Shown: positions 41,001 through 50,888 of the stretch, piece after piece
How positions within the stretch are numbered: position 1 is the stretch's first letter
Layout: each line of letters opens with the position of its first letter
Source of the DNA: an uncultured Gemmatimonadaceae bacterium
GTDB taxonomy: Bacteria > Gemmatimonadota > Gemmatimonadetes > Gemmatimonadales > Gemmatimonadaceae
Reading direction: 5' to 3'
Length of the DNA: 64,000 bases
Assembly: GCA_963740355.1 (NCBI GenBank)
Contig: CAVUDW010000003.1
Coordinates: forward strand, 768,001 to 832,000
Notes under the pieces: generated by a model
The model's input: only the letters and a program-made list of their open reading frames with translations
Told to the model about the DNA's origin: nothing
Database searches by the model: none
Made by a program: the position numbers and the translations under genes

Positions 41001-41215
41001 AATACACCTTCTCGCCGGCGCTGGCCGCACGGCTGCTGAAGGCCCGCTCCCTCTCGGTGGTCCTTTCTGGCCGGAACCTGCGTCTCTGGACAAAATATCG
41101 CGGCGTTGATCCGGAGTCGGGCTTCAACACCACCAGCGGCACGGACGCTCCGTCAGAGTTCCAGACGATCGCACCGCCCAGCTACTTCATCTTCCGTTTC
41201 AACCTCGGCTACTAG
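38099..41215 (+). CDS. SusC/RagA family TonB-dependent receptor
   Basis: IRIRG..S, [51 protein letters not shown].G. Confidence 0.96.
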   Translation: [1038 protein letters not shown]

Positions 41216-41227
41216 GAGCCACGACCC

Positions 41228-42616
41228 ATGTCATCACTTCGCTTGACGGGGCGGCATCCTTCGCGCCTGCCGATTGCAGCCGCCTTCGCGATCGCCCTGT
41301 CGTTGTCCGGCTGCCAGGGGGTGAACGACCGTTTGCTTGGCGTCACCGACCCCGACATCATCATTCCCAGCAACGTCAATTCTGCAGAAGCAGCCACGGC
41401 GCTGTCATACGGCACGATCAGTACGTTCCGCAACATCACGGGCGCCGCAGAAAGCAGCTGGTTGTTTGGCGGCCTGCTGACCGACGAGTGGTCCACCAGC
41501 TCGACATTCATCGAGAATGACGAGACTGACCAGCGCCGGGTGCGGGAGTTCAACGGGTCCGTGACCACGATGCTGCGCAACCTGTATCGCGTTCGCACGC
41601 GTGCCAATGCAGCACTGGCCGCGATGCAACAGTACAACCCGACCGCGCGGGCATTGATTGCCGAGTTGTACCTCGCCCGTGGCTACGCAGAGTTGCAACT
41701 GGCGTCGGACTTCTGCAATGGAATTCCGATCGGCAACACCACGACGCTGCCACCCGAGAATGGCGCGCCGCTGAGCAACCAGGCCGTCTTCCTGCTGGCA
41801 GCCGCGTCCCTCGACTCGGCACTGACGTTTGCGAGCGGCACCGATGCGCAAAGCGTCTTGATCAACCGGGCGTCGCGCGTGGCACGCGCACGCGTCGCGC
41901 TCGGGTTGGCGGACTTCTCCGGTGCTGCAACCTTCGTTGCCGGTGTCCCGACGGCCTTCGCGTATCAGCACACCTTTTCGCTAACGACCGGTACGAACAC
42001 GCTTTGGGGACAGGGACTCAGCGCGCGGCGGTACAGTGTCGGAGACAGCATCGAAGGCAACGCGAGAAACATCCGCGTCACCAATGCGATTCCGTTCGCC
42101 TCGTCGCGCGACACGCGCCTGCCAGTGACGATTCCATTGACAGGTGCGATCAATGGCCAGGATGGACAGACGTATGCGCGTACGACTGCCATGTGGGGAC
42201 AACTCACGTCGGTCGATGTCGCGAACGGCGTGGATGCGCGACTGATCGAAGCCGAAGTGGCACTGAAGGGTGGCAACACCTCGCTGTGGCTTTCGACACT
42301 CAATGCCTTGCGCGCCGCACCACCGAAACTCGGCGACATCCAGTCTGCCGCGTTGCCTGCCCTGGTCGATCCGGGAACCGCGGAGGCACGATTGACGCTG
42401 CTGTTCCGCGAGAAAGCCTTCTGGACGTTCAGCCGCGGCCAGCGGCTCGGTGACATGCGACGGTTACTCCGCCAGTACGGCCGCACGGAGGCCAACACCT
42501 TTCCGCAAGGCGTACACTACAAGGGAGGCAACTACGGCACCGACGTCAACCTCCCGGTGGTGACGGACGAACGAAACAATCCAAACTTCAAGGGCTGCAC
42601 TGATCGCCTGCCGTGA
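41228..42616 (+). CDS. SusD/RagB family lipoprotein
   Basis: LSGC lipobox; directly after susC; LIEAEVAL, REKAFW..GQRLGDMRR, P...E.NNPN. Confidence 0.88.
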   Translation: MSSLRLTGRHPSRLPIAAAFAIALSLSGCQGVNDRLLGVTDPDIIIPSNVNSAEAATALSYGTISTFRNITGAAESSWLFGGLLTDEWSTSSTFIENDETDQRRVREFNGSVTTMLRNLYRVRTRANAALAAMQQYNPTARALIAELYLARGYAELQLASDFCNGIPIGNTTTLPPENGAPLSNQAVFLLAAASLDSALTFASGTDAQSVLINRASRVARARVALGLADFSGAATFVAGVPTAFAYQHTFSLTTGTNTLWGQGLSARRYSVGDSIEGNARNIRVTNAIPFASSRDTRLPVTIPLTGAINGQDGQTYARTTAMWGQLTSVDVANGVDARLIEAEVALKGGNTSLWLSTLNALRAAPPKLGDIQSAALPALVDPGTAEARLTLLFREKAFWTFSRGQRLGDMRRLLRQYGRTEANTFPQGVHYKGGNYGTDVNLPVVTDERNNPNFKGCTDRLP

Positions 42617-42662
42617 GAGGATCGCTCAGCCATCTTGCAGACACGTGAAGGGTGAGATTCTC

Positions 42663-42694
42663 GAAGCCCCGGCGCCGATTGGCGCCGGGGCTTC
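42663..42694. terminator. Terminator-like hairpin between convergent susD and EAL genes
   Basis: Perfect 14-bp stem GAAGCCCCGGCGCC-GATT-GGCGCCGGGGCTTC. Confidence 0.75.
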
Positions 42695-42748
42695 ATGGCA
42701 TTCGCCAGTCTGAGCACACCGCGACGGGAACGCACAGCCACTTCGGTC

Positions 42749-45139
42749 CTACGCCGCCACCGACGCTTCCTCGAGATCGTCGATATCCAGCGCCCGCCAC
42801 GACGACAGGAAGCCCACCACCTCGTCCGCAGGCAGCGGCCGGCTGACGAGGAACCCCTGAAAGGCGGAACACCCGCGCTCCGACAACATCGCGGCCTCGA
42901 TCTCGTGCTCCACGCCCTCCGCAATCGTGCGCATGCGCAACGCACGCGCCATCGCGAGGATGGTCTCGACCAGCACCTGCGCCTCGCCATCGCGCGACAG
43001 GTCGCGCACGAAGCTGCGATCGATCTTGAGGGTGTCGAAGGGGAACCGCCGCAAGTAGCCAAGGGCGGAATAGCCCGTGCCGAAATCATCGAGCGCGGTG
43101 CGGAAACCAAGCGACCGCAGCTCGCGCAACGCACCGACTGCCGCATCCGCATCGTCGATCAGCGCCGACTCCGTGACTTCCAGTTCGACTCGCCCCGGGC
43201 GCAACAGGTGCGCCGCCGACGCGACTCGCGCCACGAACCCATCCGCCGTCAACTGCGTGGCAGACACGTTGATCGACACCGTCACGCGGCCTGGCCAGTT
43301 CGCAGCCTCGTCGCAGGCGGTCTGCAGCACCCAATCACCGATGTCATGCATCAGGCCGGCCGCTTCGGCGATCGGCACGAATTCCGTCGGCGACACGTCC
43401 CCATGCTCGGCGTTATTCCATCGGAGCAACGCCTCGAAACCGCAGACGCTCTGGTCAACCGCGGCGATCTGCGGCTGGTATTCGAGACGGAATTCGCCGC
43501 GATCCAGTGCGCCGTGCAGCGCCTGCGCCAACGCCAGTCGGCGCCGACTGGTATCGGCCAGCGACGAGTGGAAGAAGCAGTAGCGATTGCCCCCCGCCTG
43601 CTTCGCAGAGTAGAGAGCGAGGTCGGCGTGATTGAGCAGTGTGTCGACGTCACTGCCATCGGCCGGAGCCAGCGCCACACCAATGCTCGCTCGCAGGAAC
43701 TCCGTCTGCCCCAGCACATCGCACGGTTCGTCGAGCGCCTGCAGCACGCGGTCGAGGAGCGCGCTGACTTCTTCCTCATTGGCGCTGCCACGCAGGACCA
43801 TCGCGAACTCGTCGCCACCGAGGCGAGCCACCGTGTCGGTGCGGCGCGCGACGGAGAGCAGCCGCTGCCCAAAGGTCGCCAGCAAGCGGTCGCCCGCCGC
43901 GTGACCTCGACTGTCGTTGATGCGCTTGAAGTCGTCGAGGTCGAAACAGATCACGGCCATCGGCTGCACGACCGTTCCCTGCACCAGCGACTGCAGCAGC
44001 TCACGGAACTGGTGTCGGTTGACGAGGCCCGTCAGGCTGTCGTTGTTGGCCAGCCAACTGAGGCGACGATACGCCATCTGCCGGTCAGTGATGTCGGTCG
44101 CGACACCGCGCCAGCCTGTGACCACTCCACCTTCACCCAGCAGCGGGCGCGCACTGAGCGCCCACCAGGTACGAACATTCCCCGCGGCCAGCGAGACGTG
44201 GATGTCGCGGAACGCACGCTGTTCGTCGAGGCTCGACTGCAGCGCGGCCCACTGCATCATGCTCGCATCGTCATCTGGCAGGCAGCGCTGCAGCACCGTC
44301 CACGCGTGCACACGTGCGAGCTTCGATGCCGGAACACCAAGCACCTGCGTCAGGCGGGGCGACACATGCACGAACCGCCCGCGCGCATCGAGCTCCCACA
44401 GCAGGTCGCTGGCGTGATCCTCGAAATCCTTCAGCAACAGCCCGATCACTTCGTTCTGCCGCTCCGCACACGCCTCGGCCACCAGGCGTGCACCGATCGT
44501 CTTCGCCATCGTCCACACACTGTAGATGACGATGCCGCAGTAGGCCAGCAGCACGAATGCAAACGCGTGCGCGAATTCGAGACTCGAATTCCAGAGCGCC
44601 AGCACAGAGCCGAGTCCGATGGCGAGCACCCATGACGACGCGGCGACCGGTACACTGGAGAGGGCGAACCCACCAGCGCAGATCATCCCGGTCACGACCA
44701 GGCCGAGGTAGAACTGGGACGCCAGATCAAGCTCCGGGTAGAGCACGGCCGGCAACGTCCCCCACGCAGCCCCGAGCACACCCGCTTGCACGGCCGCGTG
44801 CCGCAGTGCTCGTCGCGAGGCGGCGCTTCGCTCCCGGCGCCGACGACTCTGGAACCAGCCGCGCAGCCCGACGCCGGCCATCAGCGCAATGCTTACCGAC
44901 CAGATGAGCAGTACCGTGTGACTGGCGTGCGCCCAGAGCGAGATGTCGATGATGATCGCGTTGAGCACATTGATCACCATCGCCAGCGGTGTGAGCCGCA
45001 GCAGCGCCTCCAGCTGGCGGGCCCGGAAGCGTCTCGCGTCCGATTCTTCGGCATCGTAGGCGCTGAAAAAGTGCCGCAGCCGCCCCAATGTCCGGGCAGC
45101 CGCGGTATGCAGCGGTGAGCGATGTCGAGGCTGGGGCAT
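42749..45139 (-). CDS. Membrane PAS-GGDEF-EAL c-di-GMP enzyme
   Basis: TM region, PAS (WELDARG..GWRGVATDIT), GGDEF, EALLRW, DDFGTGYS, KIDRSF, AEGVE; start uncertain. Confidence 0.93.
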   Translation of the reverse strand: MPQPRHRSPLHTAAARTLGRLRHFFSAYDAEESDARRFRARQLEALLRLTPLAMVINVLNAIIIDISLWAHASHTVLLIWSVSIALMAGVGLRGWFQSRRRRERSAASRRALRHAAVQAGVLGAAWGTLPAVLYPELDLASQFYLGLVVTGMICAGGFALSSVPVAASSWVLAIGLGSVLALWNSSLEFAHAFAFVLLAYCGIVIYSVWTMAKTIGARLVAEACAERQNEVIGLLLKDFEDHASDLLWELDARGRFVHVSPRLTQVLGVPASKLARVHAWTVLQRCLPDDDASMMQWAALQSSLDEQRAFRDIHVSLAAGNVRTWWALSARPLLGEGGVVTGWRGVATDITDRQMAYRRLSWLANNDSLTGLVNRHQFRELLQSLVQGTVVQPMAVICFDLDDFKRINDSRGHAAGDRLLATFGQRLLSVARRTDTVARLGGDEFAMVLRGSANEEEVSALLDRVLQALDEPCDVLGQTEFLRASIGVALAPADGSDVDTLLNHADLALYSAKQAGGNRYCFFHSSLADTSRRRLALAQALHGALDRGEFRLEYQPQIAAVDQSVCGFEALLRWNNAEHGDVSPTEFVPIAEAAGLMHDIGDWVLQTACDEAANWPGRVTVSINVSATQLTADGFVARVASAAHLLRPGRVELEVTESALIDDADAAVGALRELRSLGFRTALDDFGTGYSALGYLRRFPFDTLKIDRSFVRDLSRDGEAQVLVETILAMARALRMRTIAEGVEHEIEAAMLSERGCSAFQGFLVSRPLPADEVVGFLSSWRALDIDDLEEASVAA

Positions 45140-45447
45140 TCCGGGCGGCGAACGGTGGGAGTGGGTGGGACGATGCTGGTTCGAGAGCCGGGACCTGGGT
45201 GGCAGCTCCGAACTGGCATCCTCCTCCCCGCGAGACGACGGCATGGGCATGCTGGCAACCCCAGCCGTACCACTTGCAGCCACAGGAATGATCAGACGAG
45301 CTCGTGCAATGAGGATCGGCTCATCTCCGCCGATCTTGAGACCTCCACATCCTTGAAAACATTGCCTCGGGCGGCGAACGGGTGCATGGTGCCACAACCT
45401 TCGGCCGTCCCTCGCGGGCGACCGCTCCGACCCACTGCGCACCCCAG

Positions 45448-46455
45448 ATGCCGCCACGCCTCGCCAGCCTCGCCGTCGCCCTGATCCTGACCAGCGCCAG
45501 CGCCTTCGCCCAGCCTGCCCGCTCTGGCAACCCGATCCTGCCGGGGTGGTATGCGGACCCAGAGGTGCACGTCTTCGAGGGGCAGTACTGGATCTTCCCG
45601 ACCTACTCGGCGCCGTACGCGGAGCAGACGTTCATGGACGCGTTCTCGTCCCGCGACCTGGTGACCTGGACGAAACACGCACACGTGCTCGACACGGCCA
45701 ACGTGTCGTGGGCCCGTCGCGCGATGTGGGCACCGTCAATCGTGAAGAAGGGCGAGTGGTACTACCTGTTCTTTGGCGCGAACGACATCCAGAGCGACGC
45801 GGAGAAGGGCGGCATCGGTGTGGCGCGCTCGAAATCACCCGCCGGCCCGTTCGTCGACGTGTTGGGCAAGCCGCTGATCGATGCCTTCCACAATGGCGCA
45901 CAGCCCATCGACCAGATGGTCTTCCAGGATGTCGACGGGTCGTACTACATCGTCTACGGCGGCTGGCGGCACTGCAACATCGCCAGATTGAACGATGACT
46001 TCACTGCCATCGTGCCATTCCCTGACGGCACCAAGTACAAGGAGATCACGCCTGCCGGATATGTGGAGGGGGCGTACATGCTGGTGAAGGATGGCAAGTA
46101 CTACTTCATGTGGTCGGAAGGCGGTTGGACAGGGCCTGACTACGCGGTGGCATACGCCGTCGGCACCTCGCCGTTCGGACCCTTCGAGCGCGTCGGGAAG
46201 ATTCTCCAGCAGGATCCGGCGGTGGCCACTGGTGCTGGCCATCATTCGGTGCTGCATGTTCCAGGCTCAGCGAACTGGTACATGGTCTACCATCGTCGGC
46301 CGCTCAACGAAACGGACCGCAATCACCGTGTCGTGAGCATCGACGAGATGCGCTTCGATGCGCAGGGACACATCCAGCCGGTGGTGATCACGACGACGGG
46401 TGTGACACGCGACCCGATTCGCACTCGCCCGACACAGACACGCAACGTTCCATGA
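45448..46455 (+). CDS. GH43 glycoside hydrolase, secreted
   Basis: NPILPGWYADP, WAP, QPID, VEG, GHHS. Confidence 0.92.
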   Translation: MPPRLASLAVALILTSASAFAQPARSGNPILPGWYADPEVHVFEGQYWIFPTYSAPYAEQTFMDAFSSRDLVTWTKHAHVLDTANVSWARRAMWAPSIVKKGEWYYLFFGANDIQSDAEKGGIGVARSKSPAGPFVDVLGKPLIDAFHNGAQPIDQMVFQDVDGSYYIVYGGWRHCNIARLNDDFTAIVPFPDGTKYKEITPAGYVEGAYMLVKDGKYYFMWSEGGWTGPDYAVAYAVGTSPFGPFERVGKILQQDPAVATGAGHHSVLHVPGSANWYMVYHRRPLNETDRNHRVVSIDEMRFDAQGHIQPVVITTTGVTRDPIRTRPTQTRNVP

Positions 46456-47792
46456 CTCCCCCTGCGACACTCCGCTCCATGACATCCTGCCGCATCCTGC
46501 TGGCGTCACTCGCCCTCCCGCTGACACTCGGTGCGCAAGCGGCGCTCACACGTCCCGAAGCCGCGATGCGCGCCGAGATCGAGAAACGACGGGAAGATCA
46601 GGTCGCATACCTGGAGCGGCTGGTGAACATCCCCAGCGGCACGCTGAACGTGGCGGGTGTGCGCGAGGTTGGCCGCGTGATCGGTGCAACGCTCGATTCA
46701 CTCGGCTTCCGCTCGACCTGGGTCGAGGTGCCGGCCGAGATGAAGCGCGCCGGGCATCTCGTCGCCACCCACACCGGCAAGCCGGGCTCTCCGCGAGTGC
46801 TGGTGATCGGGCATCTCGACACCGTCTTCGAAGGCGCCAACCAGCGGTTCGAGCGCGTCGACACGATTGCGAAGGGCGCAGGCTCGAACGACATGAAAGG
46901 CGGCGATGTGATCATCATCTACGCCTTGAAGGCGATGCAGGCCGCAGGCACCCTGAAGGACCTCAACGTCACGGTGGTGATGACCGGTGACGAGGAGTAT
47001 CCGGGTGACCCGCTCTCGGCGGCGCGTGCCGCGCTGGTCGATGCGGCGAAGCAGTCCGACATCGCGCTGGCATTCGAAGGGGGCTCGCGGACACAGGCCA
47101 CCATCGGCCGACGCTCGGCGAGCGGCTGGACCCTGAAGGTGACTGGGCAGCAGGGCCATTCCTCTGGCGTGTTCCGCAGCGGCTACGGCGCGATCTACGA
47201 GGCCGCGCGCATCCTCGATGAATTTCGCCGCGAGTTGGCGAGCGAGGAGAACCTGACCTTCAACCCTGGCACGATCGCCGGCGGCTCGAACGTCGCCTAC
47301 GACACGCTCACGCAGAGCGGCACCACCGCCAGCAAGACGAACATCATCGCACCGATCACCTGGGTACAGGGCGACCTTCGCGCGATGAATCCGGAGCAGA
47401 TCGTGCGCGCGCAAACGAAGATGCGCGAAATCGTCGCCCGCAACCTGAAAGGCACCACCGCCGAGATCACGTTCAGCGACGGATATCCGCCGATGGCCGT
47501 GACTGCGGGCGGCGAGAAGTTGCTCGGTATCTACAGCGGTGTCAGCGAGGCGTTGGGCTACGGGGCACTGACTGCCAGCGACCCCGCGCGCCGCGGCGCT
47601 GGTGACCTCAGTTTCGTGGCACCATACATCGATGGCGTGGAAGGGCTGGGTGCTCTCGGACTTGGATCCCATTCGCCGAACGAATCCGTCAGTCTTCCCG
47701 CCCTCACGATGCAGACGGAGCGCGCGGCACTGATGCTGTACCGGCTGTCGAGGGAAAAGGCGGACGCAGTGCGGCGTCGGCCACGGATGTAA
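46452..47792 (+). CDS. M20 family peptidase (carboxypeptidase G2-like)
   Basis: GHLDTV, DMKGG, GDEE, FEG, GHSS, HSPNE. Confidence 0.92.
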   Translation: MTPPATLRSMTSCRILLASLALPLTLGAQAALTRPEAAMRAEIEKRREDQVAYLERLVNIPSGTLNVAGVREVGRVIGATLDSLGFRSTWVEVPAEMKRAGHLVATHTGKPGSPRVLVIGHLDTVFEGANQRFERVDTIAKGAGSNDMKGGDVIIIYALKAMQAAGTLKDLNVTVVMTGDEEYPGDPLSAARAALVDAAKQSDIALAFEGGSRTQATIGRRSASGWTLKVTGQQGHSSGVFRSGYGAIYEAARILDEFRRELASEENLTFNPGTIAGGSNVAYDTLTQSGTTASKTNIIAPITWVQGDLRAMNPEQIVRAQTKMREIVARNLKGTTAEITFSDGYPPMAVTAGGEKLLGIYSGVSEALGYGALTASDPARRGAGDLSFVAPYIDGVEGLGALGLGSHSPNESVSLPALTMQTERAALMLYRLSREKADAVRRRPRM

Positions 47793-47867
47793 CGCGAGCG
47801 TCCGGCTGTGTCGCCACGGCGCCGCCACCGATAGACTACACGCACGACTTCCCACCAGCCGACTTCG

Positions 47868-49121
47868 ATGCACAAACGCGACTTCCTCCGCTCCCTTGGC
47901 GCCACCACGATCGCCGCTCTCGTCGGGCCGCGCCTCTGGGCGCAGTACGAGCCGCTGGCGCCGACCGAGCTGGCTGGGGCGGAGGACTTCTGGCTGGCGC
48001 TGCGTGCCAAGTACCGGCTCAAGCCTGACTACATCAATCTCGAGCACGGCTACTACTCGATGCAGTCGACCGAGGTGCTGGAGGCGTTCATTCGCAACGT
48101 GCGCGAGGTGAACTACCAGGCGTCGTACTACATGCGCACCGTGCAGGGCACGAACAAGGACGCGGCGCGCAGCAAGTTGGCCGCGATTGCCGGCTGCTCC
48201 GTTGAGGAGCTGATCATCACGCGCAACACCACCGAGTCACTCGACACGGTGATCAGCGGCTACGACTGGCGGCCGGGCGATGAAGCGGTGATGGCGAGCC
48301 AGGACTACGGCGCGATGCTCGACCAGTTCGCGCTGCAGGCCAAGCGCTACGGCATGATGAATCGCATCGTCTCGATTCCGAATGAGCCGAAGTCGGATGA
48401 CGAGATCGTGCAGTTGTATGCGAACGCCATCACGCCGAAGACACGACTGCTGCTGATCAGCCACCTCGTGAACATCACGGGACAGGTGCTGCCGGTGCGG
48501 AAGGTGGTCGACATGGCGCACGCGAAGGGCGTGGCGGTGGCGGTGGATGGCGCACACGCATTTGCGCACCTCGATTTCAGGATCCCGGATCTTGGCGCGG
48601 ACTATTACGCGGCCAGCCTGCACAAGTGGCTGGGTGTGCCACTGGGCGCCGGCATCCTCTACGTGAAGCAGGATCGCATCGCCGGGCTGTGGCCGATGTT
48701 CGGCGACATGGGTTTTGCCGACACCGACATCCGGAAGCTGAATCACACCGGGACGCACCCGGTGCACACCGATCTCTCGATCCAGAATGCGATCACCTTC
48801 CACGAGAGCATCGGCGTCGCGCGCAAGGAAGCCCGCATGCGCTACCTGCAGCAGTACTGGACGACGAAGGTGCGTGGGACGAAGAACGTGGTCGTGAACA
48901 CGCCCGCGGAGCCGCAGCGGGCTGCAGGCATTGCCAATGTCGGCATCACGAACATGGCACCGGGTGCCATGACGAAGATCCTGCTCGACAAGTACAAGAT
49001 CTGGACCGTCGCCATCGACCGTGAAAACGTGCGCGGGGCACGTATCACGCCGCACCTCTACACCACGACGGCGGAGCTCGACGTGCTGGTGCGCGCGCTG
49101 AAAGAACTCGCGAGCACCTGA
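47868..49121 (+). CDS. Class V PLP enzyme (isopenicillin N epimerase/NifS-like) with Tat-like signal
   Basis: KRDFL N-terminus; NTTE, VDGAH, SLHKWL. Confidence 0.88.
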   Translation: MHKRDFLRSLGATTIAALVGPRLWAQYEPLAPTELAGAEDFWLALRAKYRLKPDYINLEHGYYSMQSTEVLEAFIRNVREVNYQASYYMRTVQGTNKDAARSKLAAIAGCSVEELIITRNTTESLDTVISGYDWRPGDEAVMASQDYGAMLDQFALQAKRYGMMNRIVSIPNEPKSDDEIVQLYANAITPKTRLLLISHLVNITGQVLPVRKVVDMAHAKGVAVAVDGAHAFAHLDFRIPDLGADYYAASLHKWLGVPLGAGILYVKQDRIAGLWPMFGDMGFADTDIRKLNHTGTHPVHTDLSIQNAITFHESIGVARKEARMRYLQQYWTTKVRGTKNVVVNTPAEPQRAAGIANVGITNMAPGAMTKILLDKYKIWTVAIDRENVRGARITPHLYTTTAELDVLVRALKELAST

Positions 49122-49125
49122 GCCG

Positions 49126-49914
49126 GTGGAGGAGACGCCGGTAGCGGTCTGGGTTCCAACGCGGCTGCAGCGCAGCTATCGCTTCCTCAACCGCCTCGTG
49201 GGCGACCGCCGCTCGCAGACTGCGAATCGCCGGCTGGGTGGCATCCTTGCCTTCATCGCCGGCGCCATCAACGCTGGTGGCTTCCTGGCGGTGGGTCGCT
49301 ACACATCACATGTCAGCGGGGTGGTCTCGGCCATCGCGGATGATGTCGCAGTTGGCAGCGTCGCACTCGCACTGGCGGGCGTGGTGAGCGTGGTGACGTT
49401 CATCAGCGGCGCGGCATGCACGGCGATCCTCATCAACTGGGCACGCCGCCGAAACCTGCACAGCGTCTACGCCTTGCCATTGCTCGTCGAAGCGGCGCTC
49501 CTGCTGCTCTTCGGGCTGGCGGGCGCCGGGCTCAAGTCATTCGCACACCTGCTCGTGCCGTCGACGGTCCTCCTGCTGTTCTTCATGATGGGATTGCAGA
49601 ATGCGATCATCACGAAGATGTCCGGTGCCGAGATCCGCACGACGCACATGACCGGCATTGCCACCGATCTTGGCATCGAGCTGGGGAAGTATTTCTACTG
49701 GAATGGCAACGACTCCCCGCTCGACAAACGCTACGTGCGTGCGAATCGCGACCGCCTGGCGGTGCACGCGATGATCCTGACGCTGTTCCTCGTTGGCGGT
49801 ATCGCAGGCGCGCTGGCGTTCAAGTCGGTGGGATACGCCGCCACCATTCCAATTGCGCTGCTGTTGATCGTCCTCGCGCTGCCATCGACACTGGCGGATT
49901 TCGACTGGCACTGA
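49126..49914 (+). CDS. YoaK/DUF1275 family membrane protein
   Basis: AGAINA, TSHVSG, MGLQNA, RTTHMTG..TD. Confidence 0.9.
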   Translation: MEETPVAVWVPTRLQRSYRFLNRLVGDRRSQTANRRLGGILAFIAGAINAGGFLAVGRYTSHVSGVVSAIADDVAVGSVALALAGVVSVVTFISGAACTAILINWARRRNLHSVYALPLLVEAALLLLFGLAGAGLKSFAHLLVPSTVLLLFFMMGLQNAIITKMSGAEIRTTHMTGIATDLGIELGKYFYWNGNDSPLDKRYVRANRDRLAVHAMILTLFLVGGIAGALAFKSVGYAATIPIALLLIVLALPSTLADFDWH

Positions 49915-49929
49915 GGCGCCGCCCGACGC

Positions 49930-50883
49930 TCAGCGCGGGAGTGCCAGCAGCCCCATTGGCACGCGGCGCCAACCGGGCCAGCGCTGAAGCTTGCCCGTAG
50001 CGTCACGCAGCTGCATCTGCGCGCTGATCCCGCCATCGAGCATCACGGCGCGATTACAACCGAGGGCTCCCATCAGCGCCGCCATCTCTGGCGTGGTCAG
50101 GCCAAATGGGACGGCGCCCAGCGTTGGCCCGAAGACATCGAAGCGTGTCATCACCAGCAGCACCGTGCCATCGCGGAGTGTGCCGATGGCGAGGCGGGCA
50201 TCTCGATGCGTCAGGTCCACACCGCCATTGGCGGTCCGTAGCTGCACCGGCACCGCACCATCGGCCTCGAGCAGTGTCGGAAAACTCTGGAAGGCACTGT
50301 GTACCCCGCGCGTGCGATCGGCGGCGGCGAGCGTGGATGGCGGCTGAAGTCGCACTGCACCACTGGTGTCGAAGACCACCGCCGTGGAGAGCGGCCCAAC
50401 GCCAGGTGGTCGAAATTCGCGACCCTGCATCACCACCCATCCCCACGGCAGTGTGCCGAGCAGCGTCACGTCGAACTGGCCGGCGTTGACGGCGAGGATC
50501 GCCCGCGCACCGACGTCCTCGGTGCGCCAACGCGCAGTGCGAGTGACGTAGCCGTTGACGTCACGCGATTGCCGGAAGGCGGTGTCGAGTGCGAACCGCA
50601 CCCTCGCGGGATCGATGCGCACGATGATACCTCGTGTGCGCCACGCCTCACCATCGCCTCGCAACGGGATCTCGGCAAAGGTGATCCCCGCCTGCGCGCG
50701 TTTCCACTGCAATGCCGCCAGCAGTGCGGCGTCGGGCCCCATCCACCGCACAGGCGCGGCCGAGTCGGGGCGCCAGAGGCCGCGCCAGCCATCGCGCCCT
50801 GCAACAGCAAGCGGCGCCTTCTGGGCGCCGCTTGCTGTACTCGCCAACACGCTCGCGGCGCAGAGCACTGCCCGCAGGCGCAT
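49930..50883 (-). CDS. Phosphodiester glycosidase (NAGPA/DUF2233) family protein
   Basis: Signal peptide; VNAGQF, RDARLAIG, GLT..EMA, AVMLDGGISAQ. Confidence 0.8.
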   Translation of the reverse strand: MRLRAVLCAASVLASTASGAQKAPLAVAGRDGWRGLWRPDSAAPVRWMGPDAALLAALQWKRAQAGITFAEIPLRGDGEAWRTRGIIVRIDPARVRFALDTAFRQSRDVNGYVTRTARWRTEDVGARAILAVNAGQFDVTLLGTLPWGWVVMQGREFRPPGVGPLSTAVVFDTSGAVRLQPPSTLAAADRTRGVHSAFQSFPTLLEADGAVPVQLRTANGGVDLTHRDARLAIGTLRDGTVLLVMTRFDVFGPTLGAVPFGLTTPEMAALMGALGCNRAVMLDGGISAQMQLRDATGKLQRWPGWRRVPMGLLALPR

Positions 50884-50888
50884 GACGA

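Noticed and set aside
42695..44635. 646-aa plus-strand ORF
   Set aside because: Antisense shadow of the GGDEF-EAL gene; Arg/His-rich and without motifs
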